The translations under genes and the position numbers were made by a program. The notes under the pieces were generated by a model that was not told where the DNA came from, ran no database searches, and saw only the letters and a program-made list of their open reading frames with translations. Positions 9,280-17,744 of a stretch of 64,000 nucleotides of DNA are shown here, piece after piece (position 1 is the first letter of the stretch; each line of letters begins with the position of its first letter). This stretch comes from an uncultured Gemmatimonadales bacterium. GTDB taxonomy: Bacteria; Gemmatimonadota; Gemmatimonadetes; Longimicrobiales; RSA9. Location of the stretch: assembly GCA_963798085.1 (NCBI GenBank), contig CAWCRS010000007.1, forward strand, positions 256,001 to 320,000, given 5' to 3'.

Positions 9280-9507
9280 CTGCGTTGCCGGGGCCGGGTG
9301 CGGGAGCCCGGTGCCCGGGAACTGCCGGCAATGCGGTTCGTGGGGCTGGGGAAGGGTCGGGGCTGGGAACGGGTTGGGCACTGATCGGCGGCCGGCTCAC
9401 GCCGCCGCTTGGTCGACCCGCTGAGCGCACCGTAGCCGTGAAATCACTCTGTTCCTGCCGCCGTCGCGGAACACGAGTTGCGGCGAGAATGAGAGAAGCC
9501 CTGACCC

Positions 9508-10215
9508 TCAGGGTGCGGTCGCGACGTAGAGGCCACGGCCCATCAGGCCGACGGGGTCGTGCGTAACACGCAGTCCGGCTGTGTCGAATGCGGAGAGCAT
9601 CTCCGCCACCGTGAACAGGCCCAGCTCGTGGACTTCGGATGCACGCCGGATCCCTTCCGGCGAACCGATCAGGTACTCGAATTCAATGATCGAAATCCGT
9701 CCGTCGACAAGGGCGCGGCTCATGCGGCAGATGCTGGTGCCCTCGTAGTGGGCGGTGTTCATCGCGACATGGCCGGGCCGCCACGCGGTGGGCTCGAACC
9801 ACGGCTCGACGATGATGATGCCGTCCTGCCGAAGGTGCTGCTTCATGCTGCGCAGTGCGCTGACCACGTTTTGCAGCGTGCGCACATAGCCGATCGAGCT
9901 GAACAGGCAGAGGACCGCATCGTATTGCCGGCCCAGGTCGAAGGCCGTCATGTCCGCGACTGCAAACCTGCCAGCCGGATTCTTGGCCCGCGCGACGTCG
10001 ATCATCCCCGGATCGAGGTCGATACCGTCGACGTGATAGCCGTAGTCCGCTGCCAGGAGCCGCGCGTGCTCGCCTGTGCCACAGGCAACATCGAGCAGTT
10101 CTTTCGCCAGCGGCAGACGCTGCTGCAACAGGCTGGCGAGCGCGGCAGTTTCCTTCGCGTAGTCCTTGAATGCCGCGTAGATCGCGTCATACAGATCGGC
10201 TGTCTTGTCAAACAT
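9508..10215 (-). CDS. Class I SAM-dependent methyltransferase (TylM1/DesVI-like)
   Basis: ADLYDAIY..KDY, LLDVACGTG, CLFSSIGY, VEPW. Confidence 0.85.
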   Translation of the reverse strand: MFDKTADLYDAIYAAFKDYAKETAALASLLQQRLPLAKELLDVACGTGEHARLLAADYGYHVDGIDLDPGMIDVARAKNPAGRFAVADMTAFDLGRQYDAVLCLFSSIGYVRTLQNVVSALRSMKQHLRQDGIIIVEPWFEPTAWRPGHVAMNTAHYEGTSICRMSRALVDGRISIIEFEYLIGSPEGIRRASEVHELGLFTVAEMLSAFDTAGLRVTHDPVGLMGRGLYVATAP

Positions 10216-10429
10216 GCGATTGCGACCCGTCACCACGCGCGACAGTGCCCTTCTGCAACGGGAGCCTCATGTCGTCTCGTGTACCAGAAGTTCCCGTTCG
10301 CCGGGAACGGGCAGGCGAGCGGTGATGGACCCAGTCTGCCGCCGCGCCGGCCGCTGGCGCTTCCGAGTGGGGCTGCCAACGCCGCGCGATTGCAGGCCGC
10401 GGCGCCGCGGACGTACCGGCCGTGCGATT

Positions 10430-10978
10430 CTACTTCGGGACGGCCGCAATGCACTCGATCTCGACACGCGCGCCCGCCGGCAGGCCGGCGACGGCGATGG
10501 CGGAGCGCGCGGGCGGCGGGTCCGGCTGGAAGAACTGCCCGTAGACCTCGTTCATCGCGGTATAGTCGGCGATGTCGGCGAGGAATACGGTGCACTTCAC
10601 CAGGTCGCGGGGCGCGACGCCTGCTGCGGTGAGCAGGTTGCGCAGGTTCTCGAGCGCCTGTTTCACCTGCTCCTTGAAGTCGGGTGAAAGCCCTGCGCCG
10701 GGGCGGGAGCCGATCTGGCCGGAGAAGAAAATCAGGTCGCCGACCCGCACGCCCGGCGAATAGGGCGCGAGCCGGTTGGCGCCGGGAGGCGCAATGATCT
10801 GTTTGCCGCCCCCGCCGGGCGCGCCGGCTGCGGCCGCGCCGCCAGTTGTGCGTCCGCCGCCACCCGAGGCGCAGGCAGCGAGCGCCAGCGCCAGCAACGC
10901 CTTGCCGGGATGCCGGCAACGCTGGAAGGCGGAGGCCGGAGTGTGGTGCTCCGAGGGCCGGAGCGTCGCCTGATTCAT
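10430..10978 (-). CDS. RidA/YjgF family enamine/imine deaminase with N-terminal lipoprotein-like signal
   Basis: PYSPG, SGQI, NEVYGQFF, PARSAI (catalytic Arg), VEIE; LLALALAAC followed by a Gly-rich linker. Confidence 0.9.
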   Translation of the reverse strand: MNQATLRPSEHHTPASAFQRCRHPGKALLALALAACASGGGGRTTGGAAAAGAPGGGGKQIIAPPGANRLAPYSPGVRVGDLIFFSGQIGSRPGAGLSPDFKEQVKQALENLRNLLTAAGVAPRDLVKCTVFLADIADYTAMNEVYGQFFQPDPPPARSAIAVAGLPAGARVEIECIAAVPK

Positions 10979-11919
10979 AGCACCTCCTTCATGCGTTGCA
11001 GGTCCACGTTGCCACCACTCGCCACCACGACGACGCGGGAATACGGCGCATGCACCCGACCCGCCAGGAGCGCGGCGAGGCCGGCGGCGCCGGACGGCTC
11101 GACCACCAGCTTGGCGCGCGTGAAGATCAGCTTCATGGCCTCGGCAATGTGGCGATCCTCGACCGTCACGACGTCGTCCACGTATTCGAGGGCGTGGCGC
11201 AGTGGTGCTTCCGCGGTGGAGGGCGGCGCCAGCCCGTCAGCGATGGTGCTGATGCGGTCGAGCCGCACGACATGGCCCGCATCGAGGGCCGCGCGCAGGC
11301 CAGCCGCTCCTTCGGGCTCGACACCGATCACCCTGGCCTCCGGACGCACCGACTTGACCGCCGCCGCGATGCCGGCGAGCAGGGCGCCGCCGCCCACGGG
11401 CACGAGCACGACATCCACTTCGGGCAGGTCCTCGACGATCTCGAGGCCGGCCGTGCCGTGGCCCGCGATCACGCCCTCATCATCGAAGGGGTGCAGCATT
11501 GTGTAGCCGTGCTCACGCTGCAATTCCTCCATTTTCGCGAAGGCTGCCCAGGTATCGCCATGCAGGACGACATTGCCGCCGTAACTGCGGGTGGCCTCGA
11601 CCTTCGTGGGGTTGGCATGGGCCGGCATCACGATGGTGCTCGTGATACCGGCCGCAGTGGCCGCATAAGCGACAGCCTGCGCGTGATTTCCCGCCGAAAT
11701 CGTAATCAGCCCGCGAGCCCGCTCTTCCGCACCCATCAGGCCGATGCGGTTGAAGACTCCGCGCACCTTGAACGAGCCGGTCTTCTGGAAGGCCTCCGCC
11801 TTGAGCCAGAGCCGCGTGCCTGTCATGGCGCCGAGGGAACTGCTCGCCAGCAGCGGGGTGCGGTGAACACGCCCGGCGATCCGCTCCCTGGCTTCGAGAA
11901 TGTCGGGCAGCCGTACCAT
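10975..11919 (-). CDS. PLP-dependent threonine/serine dehydratase (no ACT domain)
   Basis: RTPL, QKTGSFKVRG, SAGNHAQ, VGGG, VVEPSGA, SGGNVD. Confidence 0.9.
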   Translation of the reverse strand: MVRLPDILEARERIAGRVHRTPLLASSSLGAMTGTRLWLKAEAFQKTGSFKVRGVFNRIGLMGAEERARGLITISAGNHAQAVAYAATAAGITSTIVMPAHANPTKVEATRSYGGNVVLHGDTWAAFAKMEELQREHGYTMLHPFDDEGVIAGHGTAGLEIVEDLPEVDVVLVPVGGGALLAGIAAAVKSVRPEARVIGVEPEGAAGLRAALDAGHVVRLDRISTIADGLAPPSTAEAPLRHALEYVDDVVTVEDRHIAEAMKLIFTRAKLVVEPSGAAGLAALLAGRVHAPYSRVVVVASGGNVDLQRMKEVL

Positions 11920-12234
11920 TTGCGCCTTGTCTTCCGGATGACGAAGCGCGACAAGCTGATCCGGCGCAGGCCGGGAAGCAAGCCGAGCCGGTCCCGTCCG
12001 CGGGATGCCGGCAGCGGTGGCGACCCGGCCGCCACCAGACCGGACGAAATCGGGCATCGGGCAGGCTTCATGTCGATCCGTCGGCCCGGGCGCGGCATTG
12101 GTTCGAGACCTGCGGTCCCATGGGTCCAAACCCTGGCTCGCGCCGGCGTGGGAGGAGCGGTTGTCACCTCACCGCCTTTACGGGCTGAACGCGGAAGGGC
12201 AGATTGTCAGCACACATTGAAGACGAAAGGAACC

Positions 12235-13425
12235 ATGCCGCGAAAGCGCGTGGAACTGCGCACCAATTCGCGCGTCGGTTCGATGAACGGGCCGCGCTCG
12301 GAGGCGAGGCTGGAGCAGGAAACCCTGGGCTTCGCCGATGATTCCCGCGCCACGGCGTTCCGCGAATTCCTGGAGCGCCATCGCGACGAGACCCACATTG
12401 TGGCGCTGCAGGACTTCCCGGATCCGGACGCGATCGCGGCTGGCCTGGCCTATCGCATTCTGGCGGGGACGTTCGGGATCACCGTCGACATCGTCTACGA
12501 TGGCCGGGTCAGCCACCAGGAGAACCTGGCGCTCATCCACGTGCTGGAGATCCCGCTCACGCGTTTCAGCGATTCACTGCCGCTGGAGCGGTACGAAGGC
12601 TCGGTCTTCATCGACAACCAGGGCACCACCACGCGCCTGACGGACCGGCTGGAGGAAGCGGGGGTACGCGCGCTCGCGGTGATCGACCATCACACGCGCC
12701 AGGAACTGCTCACACCGGAGCTGGTCGACATCCGCCCGGTGGGCGCGGCGGCCACGATCTTCGCGGACTACCTGCGGAGCGGCGAGGTCCTCACGCTGGA
12801 CCGGGAGAATCCGGAGCATGCGGCGCTGGCTACCGCGCTCATGCACGCGCTGCGCAGCGAGACCAACGGCTTCATGCGCGCGGGACCGGAGGAATACGCC
12901 GCGGGCGAATTCCTGAGCCACTTCCACGATCGCGACCTGGTCGAGAAGATCCTGCGCGTGCAGCGCTCGCGCGGAACCATGGACGTCATCAATCTGGCCC
13001 TGTCGGGGCGGCTGGTAACGGAGGGCTTCTCGATTGCGGGTGTCGGCTATGTCCGGCCGGCGGATCGAGACGCGATACCGCAGGCGACAGACTTCCTGTT
13101 AACGGAAGAGAACGTCAATACGGCGATCGTCTACGGCATACTCTCCGGTGAAGGCGAGCGCGAAATCGTCGTCGGCAGCGTGCGCACGACTCGCTTGACG
13201 CTCGATGTCGACCAGTTCATCAAGAGCGCACTGGGTGCGGATGCGCGCGGCCGCTATTACGGCGGGGGGCGCAGTGGTGCGGGCGGTTTCGAGATCCCGG
13301 TCGGATTCCTCGAGGGATCGGCCGAGGCGGACCAGATGAAGCTGAAGTGGGAGGCGTTCAACGCCCAGATCCGCGTCCGCCTGCTGCGCGCCGCCGGCAT
13401 CGACCAGCCCGAAGACGAGGACTGA
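12235..13425 (+). CDS. DHH family phosphoesterase (NrnA-like)
   Basis: FPDPDAI, FIDN, VIDHH, GGGR..AGG; RBS aaagg before ATG 12235. Confidence 0.85.
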   Translation: MPRKRVELRTNSRVGSMNGPRSEARLEQETLGFADDSRATAFREFLERHRDETHIVALQDFPDPDAIAAGLAYRILAGTFGITVDIVYDGRVSHQENLALIHVLEIPLTRFSDSLPLERYEGSVFIDNQGTTTRLTDRLEEAGVRALAVIDHHTRQELLTPELVDIRPVGAAATIFADYLRSGEVLTLDRENPEHAALATALMHALRSETNGFMRAGPEEYAAGEFLSHFHDRDLVEKILRVQRSRGTMDVINLALSGRLVTEGFSIAGVGYVRPADRDAIPQATDFLLTEENVNTAIVYGILSGEGEREIVVGSVRTTRLTLDVDQFIKSALGADARGRYYGGGRSGAGGFEIPVGFLEGSAEADQMKLKWEAFNAQIRVRLLRAAGIDQPEDED

Positions 13426-13719
13426 GCGCGTCGCACCCGGACCTTCCATTGTCGCCTGAATTCTGTCAGCGGATTGCAGGCGACGACAGCGCCGCCGCTC
13501 TGCGTCGCGTTCCCCCCGACCGCTTTTCATGGATACGTTCGGCGACGCTCACGCCGACCCGGATGCATGCCGTCGAACGGCCGGAGTTCGTTCGCGCCCG
13601 CTGAAAAGGTTCCGGCTGTTGTTCTCCCGGGTGGTGCATGGCGCCGGCCGGGTCACGTTGGCGCCGGCTGCATTCCCGGCCACGGCCCGGGTCAGACTAC
13701 GGCCTGCGGCTGGCGCTTC

Positions 13720-14347
13720 TCAGGGCTCGACGCGCCACTCGCAGACCTGGTCGCCGTGCGCAACGCAGCGGTTGTGCGTGACGGAAACGGGTCGGCCCGC
13801 GTAGATGCGCACCAGCTCATTCGAGCGCGCCCGTGTACAGCACGCAGGCGTTAATGTCGAGTTGGGCGGTGAACGCCGGCTGCAGGCGCAGCACGAGTGG
13901 TTTGCCGACGATGTCCAGCCGGGCATTGCCGGCCATGCCGCGGATCAGGCGACGCGCAGCGCGGCGAATGGGCAGGAACACGAGCGTATGGGAGCGGCGC
14001 AGCAGTCGTGCGGTGAAGGGAGCGCGCTCACCAAGGCTGCGGCGCGCGACGCGCTGACCGGTCTGCCAGAGAATCGCTTCGGCATCGGGTCGGCGCAGCA
14101 CCAGTTGCAGCAGATTCGTCAGCTCGGCGACGGGTATGCGTGTGCCGGCGTTGACGGCAGCCTCGTAGCGACTGATCTGCGTCGAGACGACGCCGGTGAG
14201 CCCGAGCCGGCGAGGAAGGCTGACGCTCAGGTCCTCGGCTTCCAGGATCTCTCCCGGATGGTCCTGGTCCCGTACCGTCTCGAGCAGTGACAGCGGCAGA
14301 ATGGGCAGCACGTGCCCGCGTATCTCGTCCGTCGTAGCGCTGGCCAC
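13720..14347 (-). CDS. V4R (4-vinyl reductase) domain protein, interrupted by a +1 frameshift near 13820
   Basis: One frame ends ...ACVLYTGALE*; the other continues ELVRIYAG...CVAHGDQVCEWRVEP (V4R CxxxGxxxC motif). GTG start at 14347 inferred. Confidence 0.7.
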
Positions 14348-14890
14348 CGGTGCCTGCGTTCGGGGAATCAAGCGCGCCGGCACTCGACCGGCACGCTCGG
14401 CAAGACGCCTCATCCAGCCACGCGGAATCTGCGCACGGGGTAACGCTGCGGCAACGCCTTGCGCACAGCAGTCAGGTCCATTCCGGGATTGTCACGTCCC
14501 GTTGTCGTCCGGAATCCGGCCGCTGGCGCGACCCGCCCGCAGCCCGTCTGCGCGCCAGCACGTCAACTCGCCGGGTGGTTCGCATGCGGCGACCCGAATC
14601 AGACGGGTGAAGAAGAGCCGGCGACGGGTCAGTTTCGGTGATTGGCTCCTCTGGCATGAACAGGGTCGCTCAAACCTGACCGCGCGCGCATTCGGCGCAA
14701 TCGGGGGTCCTTTCTCCAAGTCGTTGCACCGGCCCGCGAGCGGCCGGGATGCTGGGGATAGGGGTTGAAGGAGAAGCAGGCGGCGTAGTAATGGGTGGGG
14801 TGGTGGGAAGGTGGAAGCGAAGTGGGTCGTGTTAACGGCCTGTCTTTTCATCCCCATGCGGGAGATATGAGCGGCGATTAGCTTGTGCTC

Positions 14891-16021
14891 ATGCAACGAT
14901 ACCCTGGCATTGATCCGCCGGAATATGCGGCCTGGAAGCCGGAGCGACGGCTGGTGGCGGAATACCGGAAGCGGGTCCAGTCGGACCCGGCGCGGCGGGC
15001 GGTGGTGCGTACGCTGACGGAGGCGCAGTTGCTCGGGCTCTACGCCGGGCTGGTGCGCTTCCGCGTGCACGATTACACGCTGAAGCGCTGGGTGAAGCGC
15101 GGCGTCATTTCGAAGGCGTGGCTGGGCACGGGCGAGGAGGCGGTGACTGTGGGGAGTGTGCACGCGCTGGACCGGGAGCGCGATGTGGTCGCGCCCATGA
15201 TCCGCAATGCGGGTGCGTGTCACGAGATGGGCATGCCGCTGGAGACCATGTTCGCGGGGGTTCTGGGGACGGGTGACGGGCCGAATCACGGGGTGGATGG
15301 ACATTTCGGTGATCTGCTGCACGGCGTTCTGCAGCCGATCTCGCATGTGGGCGTGATGGTGCCGGTCGTGACGGGTATGGCGCAGGCGTTCGCGTTACGG
15401 CGGGAGCCGCGCGTGGCGCTGACGTGGGTCGGTGACGGCGCGACCAAGACGGCGGCGGTGCATGAGGGGCTCAATCTCGCGGGAGTGCTGCGCGTGCCTG
15501 CGGTGTTCATCCTGCAGAACAACCAGGTGGCGCTGGGCACGCGGCTGGACCAGCATCAGGCGGGGGACTTTCACGCGTGGCCCGCGATGTACGGCCTGGC
15601 GGGCGGACAGGCGGACGGCAACAACGTGCTCGATGTGTGGGCGGCGACGCGACTGGCCGCGGATCGCGCCCGCGAAGGCGGTGGCGCCACGCTGCTCGTG
15701 GTCGAGACGTTCCGCATGGGTGGTCACGCGACGCACGATGAAGCGGAGGCGCGCGACACGTTTGCGCCCGAGCTGTTTGCGGCGTGGGGTCGGCGTGATC
15801 CGATTGGTCTGTACGAGGAGCATCTGGCAAACGAAGGCATCGCACGCGAGCGGCTGGCCGAAATCGAGGGGACTGTGACAGCCGAGGTCGAAAGTGCGGC
15901 AGAGCGCGCGCTCGTTTCCCGCGAGGCGCGCATGCCCCAGGGCCCGCAGGTGGAGTACGCAGGCTTCAGCGCGGGGGTGCGTCAGCCCGGCCTGACAGCG
16001 CGGCTGGGAACGGAAGCGTGA
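14891..16021 (+). CDS. TPP-dependent 2-oxoacid dehydrogenase E1 alpha subunit
   Basis: GEEA, GDGA...NNQ TPP motif, RMGGHATHD, RDPI. Confidence 0.85.
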   Translation: MQRYPGIDPPEYAAWKPERRLVAEYRKRVQSDPARRAVVRTLTEAQLLGLYAGLVRFRVHDYTLKRWVKRGVISKAWLGTGEEAVTVGSVHALDRERDVVAPMIRNAGACHEMGMPLETMFAGVLGTGDGPNHGVDGHFGDLLHGVLQPISHVGVMVPVVTGMAQAFALRREPRVALTWVGDGATKTAAVHEGLNLAGVLRVPAVFILQNNQVALGTRLDQHQAGDFHAWPAMYGLAGGQADGNNVLDVWAATRLAADRAREGGGATLLVVETFRMGGHATHDEAEARDTFAPELFAAWGRRDPIGLYEEHLANEGIARERLAEIEGTVTAEVESAAERALVSREARMPQGPQVEYAGFSAGVRQPGLTARLGTEA

Positions 16022-16198
16022 TACGGGCTCTGCGCTCTGGTCACGAGTTATGACTCGACGAACACGAACGGGGTTCGGAGGCGGCCGGGAAAGCAGATCC
16101 CTCGTGTCAGATCCCGTTGCAGCCGCACAGACTGAACATGCCGACGCGAACCCGGCGCCGCATCGTCGCCTGCACCCTGCGGCTCCCGCATCGGCACG

Positions 16199-16531
16199 AT
16201 GATCGATCCGCGCACTGATCCGCTCAAGATCGGGCCCAGCGAGGATGGCGCGCGCCTCGTCATCGAATGGCGTGACGGGCATCGCTCGGAATACCTGCCG
16301 CGCTGGTTGCGCCTGCACTGTCCATGTGCCGGCTGCATCGAGGAAATGACCGGCCGCCCGCTGCTCAACCCGCGCGCCGTCCCACCCGACGTGTATCCGC
16401 TGGACATCCGATACGTCGGCCGCTACGCCCTGACCTTCGACTGGAGCGACGGCCACTCGACCGGCATCTATCCGTTCGAGCTGCTGCGCTCCATCTGTCA
16501 GTGTCCGGAGTGCATTGTCAGGGAGTCCTGA
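16199..16531 (+). CDS. DUF971 / gamma-butyrobetaine hydroxylase-like N-terminal domain protein
   Basis: LRLHCPCAGC and VGRYAL...WSDGHSTGIY. Confidence 0.85.
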   Translation: MIDPRTDPLKIGPSEDGARLVIEWRDGHRSEYLPRWLRLHCPCAGCIEEMTGRPLLNPRAVPPDVYPLDIRYVGRYALTFDWSDGHSTGIYPFELLRSICQCPECIVRES

Positions 16532-16674
16532 ACTGCGTTTCTGGGGCTGGGGCTGGGGATACGGACGACCGTTCAGTCCATGCGACGCCGTTTCTCGAGC
16601 AACCAGCCCCAGCAACCCGCGCCAGCAACGCCGTTCAATGCATAATCTGTAAATGCGGAGGCAGAAGAATGGAC

Positions 16675-17278
16675 CTAGAGTCCGGCTGCCTCGAGGATCT
16701 CGAGGAACTGTGTGAGAATCCGGTGTGTCAGGCCCCAGATCACGTAGTCCTGGAAGATGAGGGACGGGAAGGAGAACCGCGCGCCGCCGCGTTCGAAGTG
16801 GAACTGCGAGAATGGCGCTGTGATCGCGGAGGGCGGCGAGGGGGATCCAGGTCGCGTGCACGACTTCGGTGGGGTTGGGTGTGGGCTCGGTACCGGGTGG
16901 AACAGCGACGACCCATGGTGAAATGACGATGGGTGGAAGCCGCGTCGTAGCCGGCTCGACATCATCGAGGCGGCCGAGGAGTGCGCCGTTCTGCGCGATC
17001 TCGATACCCGTCTCTTCAACGGTCTCGCGCAGCGCGGTGGTGGCGAGGTCGGGATCGAGGGTGCTGCGGCGACCGCCGGGAAAAGCGACGTGTCCGGACC
17101 ACGGATCGCCGGCGCGCTCGGCGCGGCGGATGAACAGCAGTTCGAGCTCCCGTGCAGGTCGCAGCAGGAGCGCGACGGCGGCCTGCGCAACGGCGTCAGA
17201 CTGCGGCAATCCGGAGAGCCGGGCGATGCGGCCGGCGAGCGCGAGACGCACGCGCGTGATGCGTTCATCGGCGAGCAT
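16675..17278 (-). CDS. CoA pyrophosphatase-type Nudix hydrolase, frameshifted near 16812
   Basis: WSGHVAFPGG...ALRETVEETGI Nudix box; the C-terminal IWGLT motif lies in a different frame. Confidence 0.85.
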
Positions 17279-17354
17279 GATGCAGAGTAACGCGCGGCGG
17301 CGGGCACGCGCCATTCACGCCGAACCGCGGCCGTAACAGCCGTGTATACGGGTC

Positions 17355-17693
17355 ATGCGACGCGGCAGTGAAGGGGCGACACAGCGCGCCGGGATCTTCG
17401 AGCGTGATGCGTTCCGCTGCGCGTACTGCGGACGCGTCCTGCCGGAGGAGGAATTGACGCTCGATCACGTGGAGCCGCGCGTGCGTGGTGGCGACAACTC
17501 GCCGGGCAACCTGGTCACGTGCTGCATCGACTGCAACACGGCAAAGGCCGGTGAAGCTGCGTGGTCCTGGCTGGCGAGGAACGCGGAGCTGCGGGAGAAT
17601 TTTCTGCGGCACGCGGTCCACGTGTGGCCCCGTCTCCGGCGCGCGGTCGAGGAGGCCGCGCTAAACAACGGGTCACGTCGTCCGAAGCTCTAA
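17355..17693 (+). CDS. Stand-alone HNH endonuclease
   Basis: IFERDAFRCAYCG, LTLDHVEP..RGG...NLVTCCIDCN. Confidence 0.85.
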   Translation: MRRGSEGATQRAGIFERDAFRCAYCGRVLPEEELTLDHVEPRVRGGDNSPGNLVTCCIDCNTAKAGEAAWSWLARNAELRENFLRHAVHVWPRLRRAVEEAALNNGSRRPKL

Positions 17694-17744
17694 GAAGGGG
17701 AAGGACCCGCCAACCAGCAGGGCCCCCGAAGGAAGAGGAGTCTG

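Noticed and set aside
10996..12234. N-terminal 413 aa of the listed 809-aa ORF (apparent DHH fusion)
   Set aside because: Antisense shadow of the dehydratase gene; the DHH protein has its own RBS and ATG at 12235.
14414..14884. 470-bp intergenic region as a riboswitch, ncRNA or small ORF
   Set aside because: No recognisable aptamer consensus or credible ORF by eye; an Rfam/Infernal search would be needed.
15395..16674. Long C-terminal extension of the 639-aa Nudix ORF
   Set aside because: Artefact of the frameshift near 16812; it runs antisense over DUF971 and E1-alpha.
17355..17693. HNH gene as part of a defence system or mobile intron
   Set aside because: No methylase, ATPase, RT or intron context; small stand-alone HNH proteins are common.
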